From assembly GCF_009914755.1 (NCBI RefSeq), contig NC_060930.1: a stretch of 64,000 bases of DNA; one strand, written 5' to 3'. Positions 44,500 to 59,572 of this stretch are shown piece by piece. Within the stretch, counting starts at the first letter, position 1. Every line of letters begins with the position of its first letter. The notes under the pieces were generated by a model, which did no database searches, had not been told where the DNA came from, and worked only from the letters and a program-made list of their open reading frames with translations. This DNA is from the human T2T-CHM13v2.0 reference genome, Homo sapiens. The position numbers and the translations under genes were made by a program.

Positions 44500-45470
44500 T
44501 TTGTTTACTCTACCTAGGTTCAAAAATTCTTAACATTTTGTTTCATTTGCCTTACCAGTTGTTCATTTTTCCCTCTGTCTTACTCTAAATTTATAATGTA
44601 TTTCTATGTGTCAGTCTTGCTGTGAAATCTATTATTTATTCATAATGTTTATTCTAATTAATTTCATTATAATTTGTCCCTTTATTTATAAACCTTTTAG
44701 AGTGTATTTTGTAAGAAGAAGGAATCGAGAGATGTAGCATTATTACTAAAACAGTTTTGTACCAGCAGTTCATATTCAAATGTCCCTAATTGACCAATCA
44801 GTTCCTTTAATAGATTTTTTTCTTCTAAGAAATGCAATTTAGTATCACCCATAAGACTAATTGTCATGTTCCTTTTAGCTGCTTTAATCAGAAACTTTCT
44901 CAGTCTTTATCTTTTTTCATTTTGACATTTTAAAAATGACAGCCCAATTATTTTGTAGATTATCCCACAATTTGGGAATTCAATGTTTCTTCACAGATAG
45001 ATTTATGTTATTCATATTTTTGACAGGGGTATTCAAAAATGAGGTTGTATTATTCTCAGTGTATCATATAAGGAGGTACATGATGGCAGTTCATCTCCTT
45101 AATGGTGAAATTAAGTTTGATTGCTTTATTAAGTATAAGGTAACTAGGTTAAGGTCGTGATGACAAAGTTTATACACTATAAAATTATTATTTTTTATTT
45201 GTATTTGAAATATTTCATGGGAGAAAACTGCGAAACTGAAAATATACTGTTCATTTTCAAGTTTTCACACAGTAGATTTAGTACCTGTTGCTTTTATTTG
45301 TTTGGGCTAAATTAATTATTAGTATGACAGTTACAAAATGTTGATTTTCTACTCCACTTTTTATTGTACATTTAGTAACTTCTATGTCACTCTAAGGAAA
45401 AAATTTCCCTTCTCTATTTATTTACATGTTCATTTGTCTATCTATTTTTCTATTAATCACCTATCATCTG
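44500..45470 (-). mobile_element. Ancient L1MC/ME 3' UTR fragment
   Basis: AATTATTTTGTAGATTATCCCACAATTTGG, TCAGTGTATCATATAAGGAGGTACATGATG. Confidence 0.65.
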
Positions 45471-45979
45471 CATAATATGATGACAGATAGATAGATAGAT
45501 ACAGAGACAGAGGGTGAGAAGAGAGAGAGAAGGAGAGAGAGTGGGAAAGGAGGGGAACAAAGAGAGAGATGGAAAGAGACAGAGAGAGAGAGAGAGAGAA
45601 TCGTCACTTTCCACAATTTACATTCCATTTTTGTTTGAACTTTTAGTTCATAGATGTACTGATACCATTTAACTTACAGAATATATAAACAATATAAGAA
45701 AAATAATTCCAAGATGGCAATGATATTAAGGATATAATAACATAATTTAAAAAATTCCTCTAAATATTCATAAAATGCTTTCAGTATAACCTCTTGCTGA
45801 AATTTTCAACCTCTCTCATTATTCTTTAGGAAGAGACCATTATATTTTCAAATAAAAAAATGCCTGTTAAAGTTATACTTTGTTAAATCAGTTGTTTTAT
45901 CTCCTCAATAACGAACGATGATAACAAGGAAATGGCACTTGGCATGTGACAAACTGAGATAAACAAAAATAATTCCATA

Positions 45980-46160
45980 AGAATTTAATTCTAATATGTA
46001 AGAGATCAGGTAAGAAATTTACCCATTCATAATGTGGAGATAACAATTATATTACCTATTTTATAGGGTTGTTGTAAAGACTAAAGGAGGAAATTAAATC
46101 AGAGAAAGCCATAAAGGGCTTAGAACAGTACTTGACATAGAAACACCATTTTAAAATACC
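45980..46160 (+). mobile_element. MIR
   Basis: GGAGATAACAATTATATTACCT..ATAGGGTTGTTGTAAAGACTAAA..GCTTAGAACAGTACTTGACATAG. Confidence 0.7.
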
Positions 46161-48502
46161 ATTATTATTATGATGGTGTGATTCCTATATAGTGCATATA
46201 AAATATTCCTTATCAGGTAAGAAAAAGTAAAAGATTAGTAACAGGTTAAATGGATATTTGGTATGGTGAAAATATCTTGAAATTTGAAATCTATAATTTT
46301 GTGTTTGAATTCTCGTGTTACCTTTGTAAATGATGTTGTCCACTTGCTAGGTGAACAGATGTGAAATCATTTAACTATTCTGCACTGAAAATTATTTAAC
46401 TATTCTGCACTGTTCAGTCCCTTTAACCATAAAAGGGACATGATGATCATAATGATTTTTGCCTTATGTGAAGATTCTCTTGAATTCACTTTTCGGTGCT
46501 CACTTTCTGATGTTTGTAGAGATGAGATTGTGTCCACTAATCCTGATAAACACTTAACTATGCTTCTTAAATCTAAACATTTCTGATTTCTTTTTAATTA
46601 TAAAAAACTTTCCTCCCTTATTTCTGTGAATATTACCTCTTTCTTATCTTTTACATACAGAGATAAAATGTGTTAATTAAATGTTCTTTCATATTTTCCT
46701 TCTCTTTATCTATTTTACATACTTTCCTCAGATTCACATTAAACTTTACCTTTAAACTTTCTCTCTTCAGCTATGTGTAATGCTGTTCAATTGCCCATTC
46801 ATTATTTAATATCAATAACATATAGCCACACATATGGGTATATGGATATAGAGGCATACAGGTATAAATAGAAATATATAGAGAGATGGAGATTTTTCTA
46901 GAAGATTTGTATAGTTTTTATTACATGCTTTTTTTCTTTCAGTTTCTATAATTTTTCTTCCCTTTATTATAATTATTTTTATTATACATTTTAGTATAAT
47001 TTTATTCTTTTCTATTCTTTAATCATATTTCTTACAAATGGTTTCATTATATCAATTTGGGGATTACTAATTCTTCTGTTTGTAATTTCTGCTTACTTCT
47101 CCCTAGAATGAATTGTTAATTCTTATGATTGCAAAGTTTTAAATGTGAGCTCTTCTTTAGTGAAGGATTAGTTTGTATTTGTTTGTTTCCCTGACCAAGT
47201 CCTCTATGACCTACTTTATGGAAATGCTCTACAGAATAATTCAAGTTTACTTCTACAGGCATCCCAGAGCTTTAACTGAAACTATTTTTATTTTATCACT
47301 AAGTTATAGTCATGAGATTACTGCACATTTGGATAATACAATATACATCTGGACATTTGGGTCCCACACCTTCATGCATCTTTAGGCTATGGTTTAATCA
47401 TTTTATTAGAGATCACCACTCTCTGTGCCAAACCCCAACCTCTCTCTCAGAGACCTGGAAAGACAATCATACTTTTCACTTCTCTCTATTGAATGCAGTT
47501 TCCTCAGTCATTTTATTTTAATCAGAGACACTCCCTTACGTAAGAGTTACAGTTTTAGCTCTTAAGGGATAAGACTGCATCTTTCCTTATTAAAAATCCA
47601 GGCTTTTGCTGGTAGAGTGATTCCAATTTTATTCTATTATCCAGGTCACTTTCAAGTTAAGTCATGAGTTTTCCATTGCCAGTTTGAGTTTACTCTTCAT
47701 GTCCAGGGTTTCTTGCTTCCTCTTAAACTTAGTTCTCATCTTAAAATGGTAACTTATATTTTTCACAGTATTTTTGTACATTTCAAACAAGAAGTTTTTG
47801 ATCAGATTAGTCATCCATGTTGCTGGAAGCCATTTCCATATATTTTTCACTTTGTAAATTACTGTTATGCTAAAAAGCTACATAAGCAAGATCAAAAGCA
47901 ATAGAATTACAACAAGGAGAGATTTTAGTGCTTTTGCAAGATGGAATATAATAATATATGTTCAAATTTGATTCAGGGAATGGACTTGAGCACATCAAGA
48001 CCTGTATTTTTCTGTAACACCATGAATCTGAAAATTCACTTAACTTTGTTGCACCCATAAGGAAGAAATAAATTGAGATACAGCAGCACAAAACACATCT
48101 TGCGTCAAGCTTTTATAAATTTCTACAATGAAATTATTATATAAAAGAGCCTTAAAATATTTCTCCTATAATGTCCTCATTTAACAAGTAAAGAAATCCA
48201 CAAAACATAAGCAACCCATAGTGTCAGATTCCGTTCTAGAGACTCATCTCCTTCTTCTATACCAGTGTCCTTTCCATGTTGAGACTCCCTAAATCTAATG
48301 TAGAAACCTTTAGAAACCTTAGAGACAATTGTATTCCAATCTGCCAAGGAGGTAACTTTCAATTTGAGTAAATTTATTGATGGCTATATTCCATGCATTC
48401 ATAAGGAAAATAAGTATTATGTCATTTAAAGGTTATAATCCTTATACATAATTAAATGTTATATTTTAAAATTACCAATATCCCTCCAACTCCTAAATTA
48501 TG

Positions 48503-48660
48503 GTGTGTGTGTGTGTATATGTGTGTGTGTGTAGAGAGAGAGAGATAGAGAGAGAGAGACAAAGAGAGGGACAACCCCATGGAATGCTATATAGCTTTGA
48601 CTGCTTGAACAAAACAACAACAACAACAACAACAATAATAATAATAATAATAATAATAAT
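48503..48660. repeat. Compound microsatellites (GT)n(AG)n and (AAC)n(AAT)n
   Basis: 48503-48559 and 48613-48660. Confidence 0.9.
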
Positions 48661-49041
48661 ATTGAGAAACTATAGTCTGTGAATCATAATTCTTGTTAAA
48701 ATTGAAAGATTTATGCTGGAGCAGAAAATCATGAAAAGAGCTACACCTAACCCAAATGTCTGATAGTAAGACAGATTGTTAATATATATTAAAAAAATCT
48801 AAAACAAAAGAAGTTATGAAACTCTGTGTATGAACTTTTAATATTTTTAATATTTTATGAGGATTCTTTTGGTTCAGTTCACTCTATCTCTATTCTGTCC
48901 AAATTACACTATCACTCTTACTCTCTGGAAGTGGACTAAATTTGTTTTTCTAAGAACATCATGGATCTCATGAGAATTTGAAAAGTATAAGTGTTACTAC
49001 TTAGAAAAATTTTACCACAATTTGCTGTATCTAGATAAGAA

Positions 49042-49043
<2 letters not shown>

Positions 49044-49076
<33 letters not shown>
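49044..49076. repeat. (TG)n microsatellite
   Basis: Uninterrupted TG run. Confidence 0.95.
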
Positions 49077-49079
<3 letters not shown>

Positions 49080-49419
49080 AGAGAAATTCAATGACTATAA
49101 ATTACGTATTTGGAACAATTGGGTAGTTTTGATATGGACTATAGCATATTAGATAAAAGTAATGTACTCATATTATATTTCTTGAATAGTTGGATAACTA
49201 TAGTTGTGTAGAAAATATGTTCTTAGGGGATAGGTGCTGAAGTATTTAGGGTATGTAGTATGGTATCTACAACTTTCAAATGTGTGTGTGTGTGTAATGG
49301 GGGGATGACAAACTTAATTGGTGGATCTGGTAAAAGGTATATGAATGTTCTTTTCACTTATTTGACAAACTCTGCAGGCATCTCAAAGTGTACATATCTA
49401 CCAGGTTTCCTAGATCAAG

Positions 49420-50470
49420 AAATAATGAAATCTGTCACTCCTTTGTCAAATTGAAAAACACTGCTTTCTCTTTCAATACACATATTTAATCAGTGCTCAA
49501 TTGCTGCAGATTTTTAGCTCTTAAATGTGTTCAAATACATCTGCTTCTCTCAAAGTCTATACCATGTTTTATACTAACATCATCTTTGACTAATATGTAA
49601 CCTCGTACAACTATGATCAATTTCCCTTATGAAAGCGAGAATAATCTTGCTGAAATATAAAATATAATGATGTCACTACCCTTTAAATGCTTTCAGTGGC
49701 TTCCTGTGATCCTCAGTACAAATCCCTTAAGGCAAATTTTAAGAGCTCTGATCTGTAGTTTATCTTTGGCCTTCAGTGGAATGCTTGGCTCTTTGTTGTT
49801 GCTCAACTTCTTCATTCCAACTGAAGTTATTTTCCTGCCATCTTCCTCTGCAAATTCTTTTAATTTCTTGAATTCTCAGATGAGATGTCACTCCCTTCAA
49901 AAATTCTTCATGAGCTCGAAGACTATGCTTCTCATATAGTATAGTACTGTACTATCTAAATGAGTACTCCTGCATGTACCCCACAGTCCCTGTACTCACT
50001 CATCTTCCTGCATGATAATCTCCAACTGTGCTTCCTGTCCTTTAGCACAGCAGTCCCCAGTCTTTTTGACACCAGGGACTACTTTCATGGAAGACAATTT
50101 TTCCAGGAATGGTGGGGAGAGGGGGTTGGATTCGGGATGAAACCTCCACCTCAGATCATCAGGCATTAGATTCTCATAAGGAGTGTGGAACCTAGATCCC
50201 TCACACGCGCAGTTCACAATAAGGTTCACGCTCCTATGAAAATCTAATGCTGCTGTTGATCTGACAGAAGGCAGAGGTGCTCTGGGGTAATGCTTGCTCA
50301 CTGCTCACCTTCTAATGTGCGGCAAGGTTCCTAACAGGCAGTGGCCCTGGGGGACTGGGGACCCCTGCTTTAGCAGATATTACATCTTTCCTAACTTTGT
50401 ACACCACCATCTGAATGAGTGACTGAAACATGGTACACTCCCCATAGATAACTGTCAAATAATTATTGTT
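49420..50470 (+). mobile_element. L2 fragment hosting MER1B
   Basis: ATGATGTCACTACCCTTTAAATGCTTTCAGTGGCTTCC is typical sense L2. Confidence 0.55.
50048..50367. mobile_element. MER1B hAT-Charlie non-autonomous DNA transposon
   Basis: Termini CAGCAGTCCCC...GGGGACCCCTG, internal TTCCACCTCAGATCATCAGGCATTAGATTCTCATAAGGAG-like motif, perfect 8-bp TSD CTTTAGCA (50040-50047, 50368-50375). Confidence 0.93.
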
Positions 50471-51889
50471 TGGACTATACAGTGAAACTATTTTGTAATT
50501 GAGTATTTATAAATTCACTTTCAATGTTATAATAGGGCCACTCAAAGCTGCTAGATGACCGGTGAGAAAGAAGTAAGTATTCTATGATTTCTAAGAAAAA
50601 GGAAAATATAGGAAGTTCAGCCTATTTGGATGTCAGATATAACTTTTGTTAATTTCATTATCCTTGAAAGAGGGTCTTACTAGGTGAGAGAAAATGGGGA
50701 GGAAAAATATTAAAATAGGGACAGAATCTATAGGAGCAGAAAACATATCAGTAGTTGCCTAAGTCTGGAGGGGTGGAATTGACTGAGATGGTACAAGAGC
50801 AACAGAAATGTTCTATTTCTTTATTGTGTGGTTGTTACAAAGATGTATAAATTCGTCAAAACTCATCGAAATATATACTTGAAAGTGGTACATTATACTT
50901 TAATTATGTTGATTTTTTAAATGCTTCAGTAATTTAAACAGCTCCTCAATAGCATTTCCAGCAGAGAAAGTGTTCAACAGTTTTTGCTGTTGGGGAAAAT
51001 GCTATGAGATAATATTATTTAACATTTCTAAATAGTAGAAATAATGCTGAAATCAGTTTAAAGAGCCTTTTTATGGTAGTTTGTATATAAAAGGAAATTA
51101 ATGGGTCCTACACTAATTTTATTCAGTGATTAAATCACCAAACTACTGATCTTTCCCTTTCTTATTCTTAGACCGTCAGGTAATTAGGACTGTCTCTACT
51201 ATATCATCTGCCAGCTGTGAGGAGAATGAGAACAATAGTTATTCAGTTCAGTGGAATCATTATCATTCATATAGGAAAACAGGACCTTTGTAATTGTTAA
51301 CAACAGGGCTAGATATATTTCTTTTCCATTTTCGCTGTACTTATTAAATAAAAAGCCATTAGCCAACCAAAGACTTAGATGTCTATGTGCGTATACATAT
51401 TCTTTTCTAATTTCTTTAATAGGACTATTATTATTGTAGCACTGGAGTAATTTTAAGGAATAACGAAAAAATCAAGCAGGCTTTAATTCTATTATCAAGA
51501 TATCTTACAGAAATATCTTTCTTAAACATACATCAATCTTTGTCTTAAAAATCACAGTTAAGTGTCTAATAAATACCATATCAAATCAAATTGAGTAAAG
51601 CAAAGAGAGTCACCCACAGTTTTGGGCCTTTTAAACTAAAAATACTCTTTCCTCTATTGTTTCAACTTCATCTCTGTTGAAAACACACACATGTATACAA
51701 ACTTTAACACACAATTGGGAAATATTAATGGAAAAATAAAACACGAATATTAATACCTATGAGGCGAATAAGTGATGGTGTATAATAGGAGAAAGTGAGG
51801 TGGAATTAACTAAAAACATTTTTTTTTAGTTGAGATACAATTTACATAATACAAAATGCAAAGATCTTAAGTGTTTCAGATAATGAGGA

Positions 51890-52183
51890 TTTTTTTGTTT
51901 GTTTGTTTTTACTTTTGTTTTGAGACAGGGTCTCTTTCTGTCACCTAGGCTGAAGTGTAGTAAGTACAGTGGCACAATCTCAGGTCACTGCAATCTCCAC
52001 CTCCTGGACTCAAGCAATCCTCAGACCTCAGCCTCCCAGGTAGCCAGGACTACCGGTGTGCACCACCACGCCTGGGAAATTTTTGTTTTTTTAATAGAGA
52101 CGGGGTTTCACCATGTTGCCCAGGCTGGTCTGGAACTCCTGGACTCAAGCCATCTGCCTGTCTTGGTCTCCCAAGTATTAGGA
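51890..52183 (-). mobile_element. AluJ, slightly 5'-truncated, within an L1M 3' fragment (~51815-52460)
   Basis: GAGACAGGGTCTC...CTCAAGCAATCCTC...GTTGCCCAGGCTGGTC..GACTCAAGC. Confidence 0.9.
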
Positions 52184-52479
52184 TGCCAGTTAATGGGTTT
52201 TAATACTTGAATGAGCACATATATCCACCACGCAAAACATTACAGAGCATATTCTCATCACTCAAAAAGTCCTCTTGTGACACCTTCCAGTAAATTACTC
52301 ACTCCGAAATGACAAATTTCTGATAACTATCACAATAGATTAGCTTTGCCTCTTGTTAGAATTTGTATAAACGAAATTACAAGGTACATATTTTCTCATG
52401 CCTTTGAGTTTTTTCACCCAACAAAATGTATTTGAGGTTTATAGTCTATAGTGGTTGTATCAATAGTAAGCCTAGTGCT

Positions 52480-55370
52480 TATAGTATCCTTTTATTATCT
52501 CTTCAATGTATGTAGACTATTTTGATCCTGATATTTGTATGTTTTACTTTTAACATCATGGAGAATCTTACTATGGCCTTATCAATTTTATTAATCTCAT
52601 CAAATATCAATGTCAATTTAATTATTAAAAATTGAATCTCAATTATTTTATATCATTGATTTCTACCCATATTTCTGTGATGGCCTGTCTTTAGATTCAA
52701 TTTGCTTTTCTTTCCCCAGCTTCTTAAATTGGAAGCTTAGATAAATATTTTTTTCTTTTCTGACATGAGGTATTTTCACTTAAAAGTTAATTATTAACAT
52801 GATAAATTTCTAGTAACCACAGCCTAACTTCAATCCAGAGATTTATGTTATGATTCCCTTATCATTAGGTTCACAACATTTTCTAAATTCTCTCATAATT
52901 TTTTATCATGGTATTTTATAAGCAAATTTGTAAATTTTAACATACTTAGGAATTTTATTAATACCTTGTTATAAATTACTTCTAATTTAATGCTATAATC
53001 ATCAGAGAACATATGTTTTTATTTTTTAGGCTCATTGTTCACATAAATAGCATACCTTTTTCATTATCTTGTTTCTTTTTATTTTTTGAGACTGAGGTTT
53101 TGCTCTTGTCACCCAGGCTGGAGTGTAATAGAGCAAGATCTAGGCTCACTGCAACCTCTGCCTCCCAGGCTCAAGCCATTCTTCTGCCTCAGCCTCCTGA
53201 GTAGCTGGGATTACAGGTGCCTGCCACCATGCCCAACTAATTTTTGTATTTTTAGTAGAGATGGGGTTTTGCCATGTTGGCCAGGCTGGTATTGAACTCC
53301 TGACCTCAAGTGATCCACCCGCCTCAGCCTCCCAAAGTGCTGGGATTACAGACGTGAGCCGCCGCACCCGGCCCATGATCTTATTTCTGCCTGTCATATA
53401 CATATGACACACACACACATTTATTTATTTTTCTAGTGCATGTCATTCTTTTTTCCAGTAGTGTTATTTCCAATCAACCTGAAGACTTTCTTTTAGCATG
53501 TCTTTTAGGGGTGGTTGGAGACTAATTCATACAGCTTTCTTTTGTAAGAAAATATTTTAACTTTCCCCTTCATTTTTTGAATGTTTTAATTAATGGAACA
53601 GGTTTGGCTTTGTAGAAAGAACGAGCAGACAGTACAGAGTTTCCAGGTGCCCTCTTCCCACCCCATCTGCATATTGTTTTTTGATTCATTTTCTGTTCAG
53701 ATCTTTTGCCTATTTCTTAATTGCAGTGTTTGTTTTCTTTTTGTTGAGTTTTAAGAACTTTTTGTATAGTTTACATACCAGTCTTTTATCAAGATATGTG
53801 TTTTCCCTTTATTAATAAAGGATGTTTTGCATGGGTATCAAATCTTTTTTAAGGACAAAGATAGGTTGTCCTTTTCTCCAGCATTTTACAGATGCCATAT
53901 GTCTTCGATGAGAAGTCAACCATCACTTGTATCATGACCTCCCTCTGTGTAATGTGTTTATAGCCCTTCTGTCAACTTTCAGTACTTTGTATCTTTGGTT
54001 TTCAATGGGTAGACTATGATGTTTCTAGTTGTTGTTGATTCTTTTTTAACTCAAAGTTCACTAAATTTCTTAGAATTTGAACTTGACATATTTAATCATT
54101 TTTGGAAATTTTCCTCCATTTTTACTTTAGTTTAATCTGGTCTTTTCTTTATCTCCACTTTCTACAGCTCCAATGACACATATGTTGTACCGCTTGATAT
54201 AGTCCCATGTATCTTGGGCATTTAATTTATTTTTAAGTTTAATTTTTACTTTATTTATTTTGAATAATTTTAATGAATCCATATTCAAGCTCTCTGTACC
54301 ACATTTCAGCTGAATCTATTCTGTTATTAATCCTATTTTTTTTCTGACATTGCATGTTTTCCTTAACATTTCTATTTAACTCCTTTTCATGGTTTCCACC
54401 TATCTGCTAATATTCCCTGACTCTTTATGCATGCTGTTTACCTTTGCCATTAAATTATTTGACATCATCATTATACATGTAAAGCTTCTCTCTGATTGTT
54501 CCACCATCTGGCTCATTTTTGTTTTTGCTTGTATTGACTGTTTTGTCATTTGACCACGAACAGCTCATCATAGCTTTTACATTTTCGTCTTAATGTTTTA
54601 TTGTAAGCATGAAATTTTATGTAAGAGAATTTTTTAACCTATAATAAAATAATTACTGCCAGAAAATAACACTCTCCTTTTAATCAGGCTACTAGTATTA
54701 GAATTAGAATTTAAACTTGAGTTAGACTTAGTTTACCACTGACTCTCAGTATTTGAGTATGGCATCAGGTGTTTATTCTCATTTTTAAATCTTTGAGGAC
54801 GTCTCTTACATCTCCAGTTCCAGCCTCACATTTTATTATTTAGGTGATCTCATGTCACCCTGCTACCCTGCTTGAGTCTTCAGAGGATCATTTTGCTTCA
54901 AACAGTATAGACCTGAGAGGGATTTACCTACCTATCTTGCCCTGCCCTTAGCCTTCCACTGATGGCTTCTTTGTACTCAATGCAGGCGCAGAGTATCTCT
55001 GAAATACTTTTCTCACCTTTCCCTCTCATCTCCCTTCAGAGGATGTCTGCAAAGCCTGTAAAGTTCTAGGGCACCTTAAAGGGATTTATTTCTTTATCTC
55101 AGCTCTCCTTACCTTCTCCCTTTTTAGTCAGAATCTGTAACACTCTCATCCACTCTCATCGAAGGCCCACTTTAGAGGCTTTTTTTTTTTTCTAGCCTGC
55201 CACACAGTCAGCCTTCAGTAGGCCCTGCCTTTACTAGAGGAGCGTCCCATGTCTGTCCCTCAGATGGCATCTCTCTCATTCTTCACAAGGCCATACCTAT
55301 GTACTCAATGAGGGACCATAGGAAAGAATTGACCAGTGTTTGCAGACTTTCTTTAGCTGACCCACTTCTG
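52480..55370 (-). mobile_element. Ancient L1M fragments (ORF2 to 5' end)
   Basis: Degenerate antisense L1 (GATGAGAAGTCA, GACTATGATGTTTCTAG). Boundaries approximate. Confidence 0.55.
53075..53373 (-). mobile_element. AluSq-like
   Basis: GCTCTTGTCACCCAGGCTGG...GTGAGCCGCCGCACCCGGCC. Degenerate TSD CATTATCTTGTTTCT / CATGATCTTATTTCT. Confidence 0.94.
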
Positions 55371-55729
55371 ACCAAAAACTAAACAACAATTTGTGGGGCA
55401 AAAATGCTGATCTGGGAAAACATTATTTGCTCTTTTGCTGCCCTTTGAAATGAGAGTTTTTATATTGGTTGCTACCTCAACATTCATAATTTTACAATAT
55501 CTAAATTTATAAATATGTTAATCAGTAATTTATATTTTTTCCTTATTGTAAAATAAAAATACGGAGGAACTATTAGGGATGTGTACAGGCCACAAACACA
55601 GCAGAGACCAACTATAGAGATGGAGATAGACAACATTTAGCTTTCTAAGGCATAAAGGCAAACATTTTAACAGAGTGATTGGGAGAGGCCTCCCCGGGGA
55701 GGAGACATATATTGGGAGATTTTTTCTAT

Positions 55730-58600
55730 TTTTTCTATTTATTTATATTCTATAATTTTTACTATTTACACGGAATTAAGTTCACAAATTTTAAATGTGC
55801 AGCCTGAGAAATTTTTATAATTGTATCTAATCATGAAGACATCACAGATATTAATACTCTAAAAAAGTTTTTTGATGTCCCTTTACATCCAATCCTCACC
55901 CCACAACCACCACATCAGACAAAGCCCATCTGCTTTCTTTCACAAAGTTGTGTTTTTTCCAGAATTTCATATAAGCAGATTCATACATAGTATTTTCTGT
56001 TTGATTTCTTTAACTTACCATGATGTTCTTGAGATTGATTAATGTTGCTGCATTATTTCTGTGTAGTATTTTATGCGACAGACATACAGAATATGTGTAT
56101 GCATTCACAAATGAATGGAAATTTGTGTTGCCTCCAGATTTTGATGATTTTGAATAATGCTATTGTGAACATTTATGTTCATGTTTTTCTGTGGATGTAT
56201 ATTTGTATTTCTCTTACATAAATATCTACAAGTGAAGCTGCTTTGTCCTTTTGATAAGTGTGTATTTCACTTTATAAGATAGTACCTTTCTTCATTCTCA
56301 TCAGCAATGTATGAAATTTCCAGTTACTACAAATTCCCTGCAACAGTAGATACTATTGTTTTTTGTTTACTCATTTTAGTTGGTGTGTTGTGATATTCAC
56401 TTGTGGTATGAATTTGCATCTTTCTGATGTGTTAAATTATTTGTACATTTTCACTTAAGATTGTTTTATTTCTTATTACTGACTGCAGATAAAAACACTT
56501 GGTTTGAACATATTCTTCTTAAAAAACGTTTTTCTTCTAGTATCTGTCTTGGTTTTGTTTGTTTGTTTTGTTTTTGTTTTAAATATGTCTTTTCCTAGCA
56601 AATATATTTCTATTCCTGAAGTCCATTTTATTTCTTTAATTTCTGCTTGTGTATATAGTGGCCTGTTTAAAAGCTATTGTTAATCAAATGTAACAGAGAT
56701 TTTCTTCTGTGTTTTCACCTAAAACTTTAATAGTTTGAGCATATTGAGTTAGACCTGTAATACTCATTAAGATAATTTTTATATAGAGAGTAAGATAAGA
56801 CTTGAAATTTCAAGACTTGAAATTTTATTTAGAGAGTAAGATAAGACTTGAATATCATACAGATATTCAGTTGTTCAAATAGCATTTTATGAAAAGATTA
56901 TCTTTCTCCATTACATTATTTTGGCACCTTTGCCAAAAGTCAGTTGGCCATTGACCACATGAGGGCAGAATATTTATGGATTTTGTATTCTGTTCCATTT
57001 ATCTATATAGCTATGATTATGGCTATACCAATCTGTCTTGATTCTGGTAGCTTTTATAATAAATCTTAAAATTAGATAAAGTATTCTAATTTTGTTGTTC
57101 TTGTTCAAAAGTGTTTTAGCTATTCTAGCTATTTTGTAAATTTTAAAATTAATTTGTAAATTTACTCAAAAATACTTTTAGGGTTTCATATTTTATTTTT
57201 TCAAGAAATTTGTCCATAATCTGGAGTAACCAATTTATTGGCATAGATTTGTGTTCCATATTGAGTGGGACCCACATTATCCTTCTAATTTTGAATGGCC
57301 TATAATAACAACACTTCTTTCATGTCTGATAGAGGTAACTGATGTTTCTTTCTGTCTATTTTTCCTATCTTTAGATATTTAATAATGTTAGTGATTTTTT
57401 TAGAAAAAAGAATTATCTTCTGATTATATTAATTTGTTTGTTGCTTTTCTTTTTACTATTTCAGTAATTTCTGCATAGGCCTTTACTATTTCTGTCTTTC
57501 TGTTTGCTGAGGGTTTTCATCTAGTTTTTTTCTAGTTTAAGTGCACTTCATAAAATTTGAAAACCTTCTCTTCTAACACAGAATTTAAAGCTATAACATT
57601 TCCCACTATGTACAAATTTGGTTATGTTGAATTTTTTTTATCATTTAGTTCAAAATATTTTCTAGTTTCTCTTATAATTTTTTAACAAACATTTTGAATT
57701 CCAAATGTTAGGGAATTTTTTATTTATTTTACTATTAGTGGTATCTAATTGTATTGACCTGTAATGAGAGAAAAAATATTACATAATGCTTTTATTTTAA
57801 TTGGTCAAATACTCTGTAATATAAGAATTTGTTTTTTTCTTTGACCAGTGGATTATTTAGAAATGTAGTGAGTTTTTGAATATTTAGACATTTTCTAGGT
57901 TGTTAAATTGTATTTTATTGATTTCTACATTCATTTCCTTTCGGTCAGAGAATATATTTTGCACAATTTGAATACTTTTCCATTTATTGGACTTATTTTC
58001 TCACTCAGAATATAATCCATCTTAAATGTTCAGCATGCACTTGGGAAAAATGTGTATTCTGTTGGTGCTAGCTGGAGTTTTCTATAAATAGCAATTATTA
58101 CAGGTAGATGATAATATTATTCAACTCTTCTATATACTTTATGAGTTTCTGTCTTCCTGTTGAATCAATTATTGAGAAGTTGTTGAAAACTATAATTGTG
58201 AATTTGTCCATTTCTCCTTTCAGCTCCATTAGTTTTGTTTCATATATTCTGAAGCTTTGTTATGAGGTATATAAACTGTTCAGATTTTAACACCATCTAG
58301 ATAAACTGAACTCATTATGAAATGACACTCTTGAACCCTGATAAATTTCATATAACCAATCTAGTCTTATTTTCAACAGTTTAACAGTTGACTGTTAGCG
58401 TGGTATATCTTTTCCATTTAAAAAATTTTAACTAATTTGTGCCTTTACATTTTAAGTGCTTTTTGGGCAGAGGGCAGCATATATTTGGGTTTTTTTTATT
58501 AGTTCAATCTAAAATATGTGATTTTAAATTGGTGTTTTTAGACCACTTACATTTAATATGATCACCAGGTTGTGGTTAAGTCTACCATCTTGATATTAGC
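55730..58600 (-). mobile_element. Ancient L1M (ME/MB-type) 3' UTR and ORF2 fragments
   Basis: CCAGAATTTCATATAA, TTTGCATCTTTCTGATG, TTGGCACCTTTGCCAAAAG, AATGTGTATTCTGTTG. Confidence 0.7.
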
Positions 58601-59204
58601 TGATAAATATTATGTTTTCAGCTTGCTTATATATAATAATAGTATACTATAATACTATAATAAATAGTTAGACAAGTAGACACATAGATAGACAAGTAGA
58701 TGTTAAAGTAGTTAGACAAGTAAATATTCAGAGACGACCTATTCATTTATGTATATAATTTAAATAATGAAAATATACAAGCTGAATATGCATTTAAATT
58801 TTATTCATTCACCTACAGTGTGTAAGGTGATTGTCATGAAATTCTGTGAAGTGGGAGGGCAATGCTATTACTAAAAACTTTGCAGATAAGAAAACCAAGG
58901 CTCTTGAAAAAAATATATGACTATCAAGTTCATAGAGATACAGAAGTGGATCTGATACTTAAATCCAAGGCCAGTGATGATAAATTTTACATTACTTTTA
59001 TCATATTATTATCATATGTGCTATAGGAATTAGTTTTCATACTGTTAGCTTTCAATGTACTTAGAAATATCCATTTGATAAAAGGTTAGAGATGATAGTA
59101 AAGATTGAACTAAATGAAGTTATTTTACATATACATTTTTATCAATCCATAAAAGTCTAGGATTTTAATTGGCATAGCACTTGTAAAATTGTCAAAGGAT
59201 TCAC

Positions 59205-59572
<368 letters not shown>

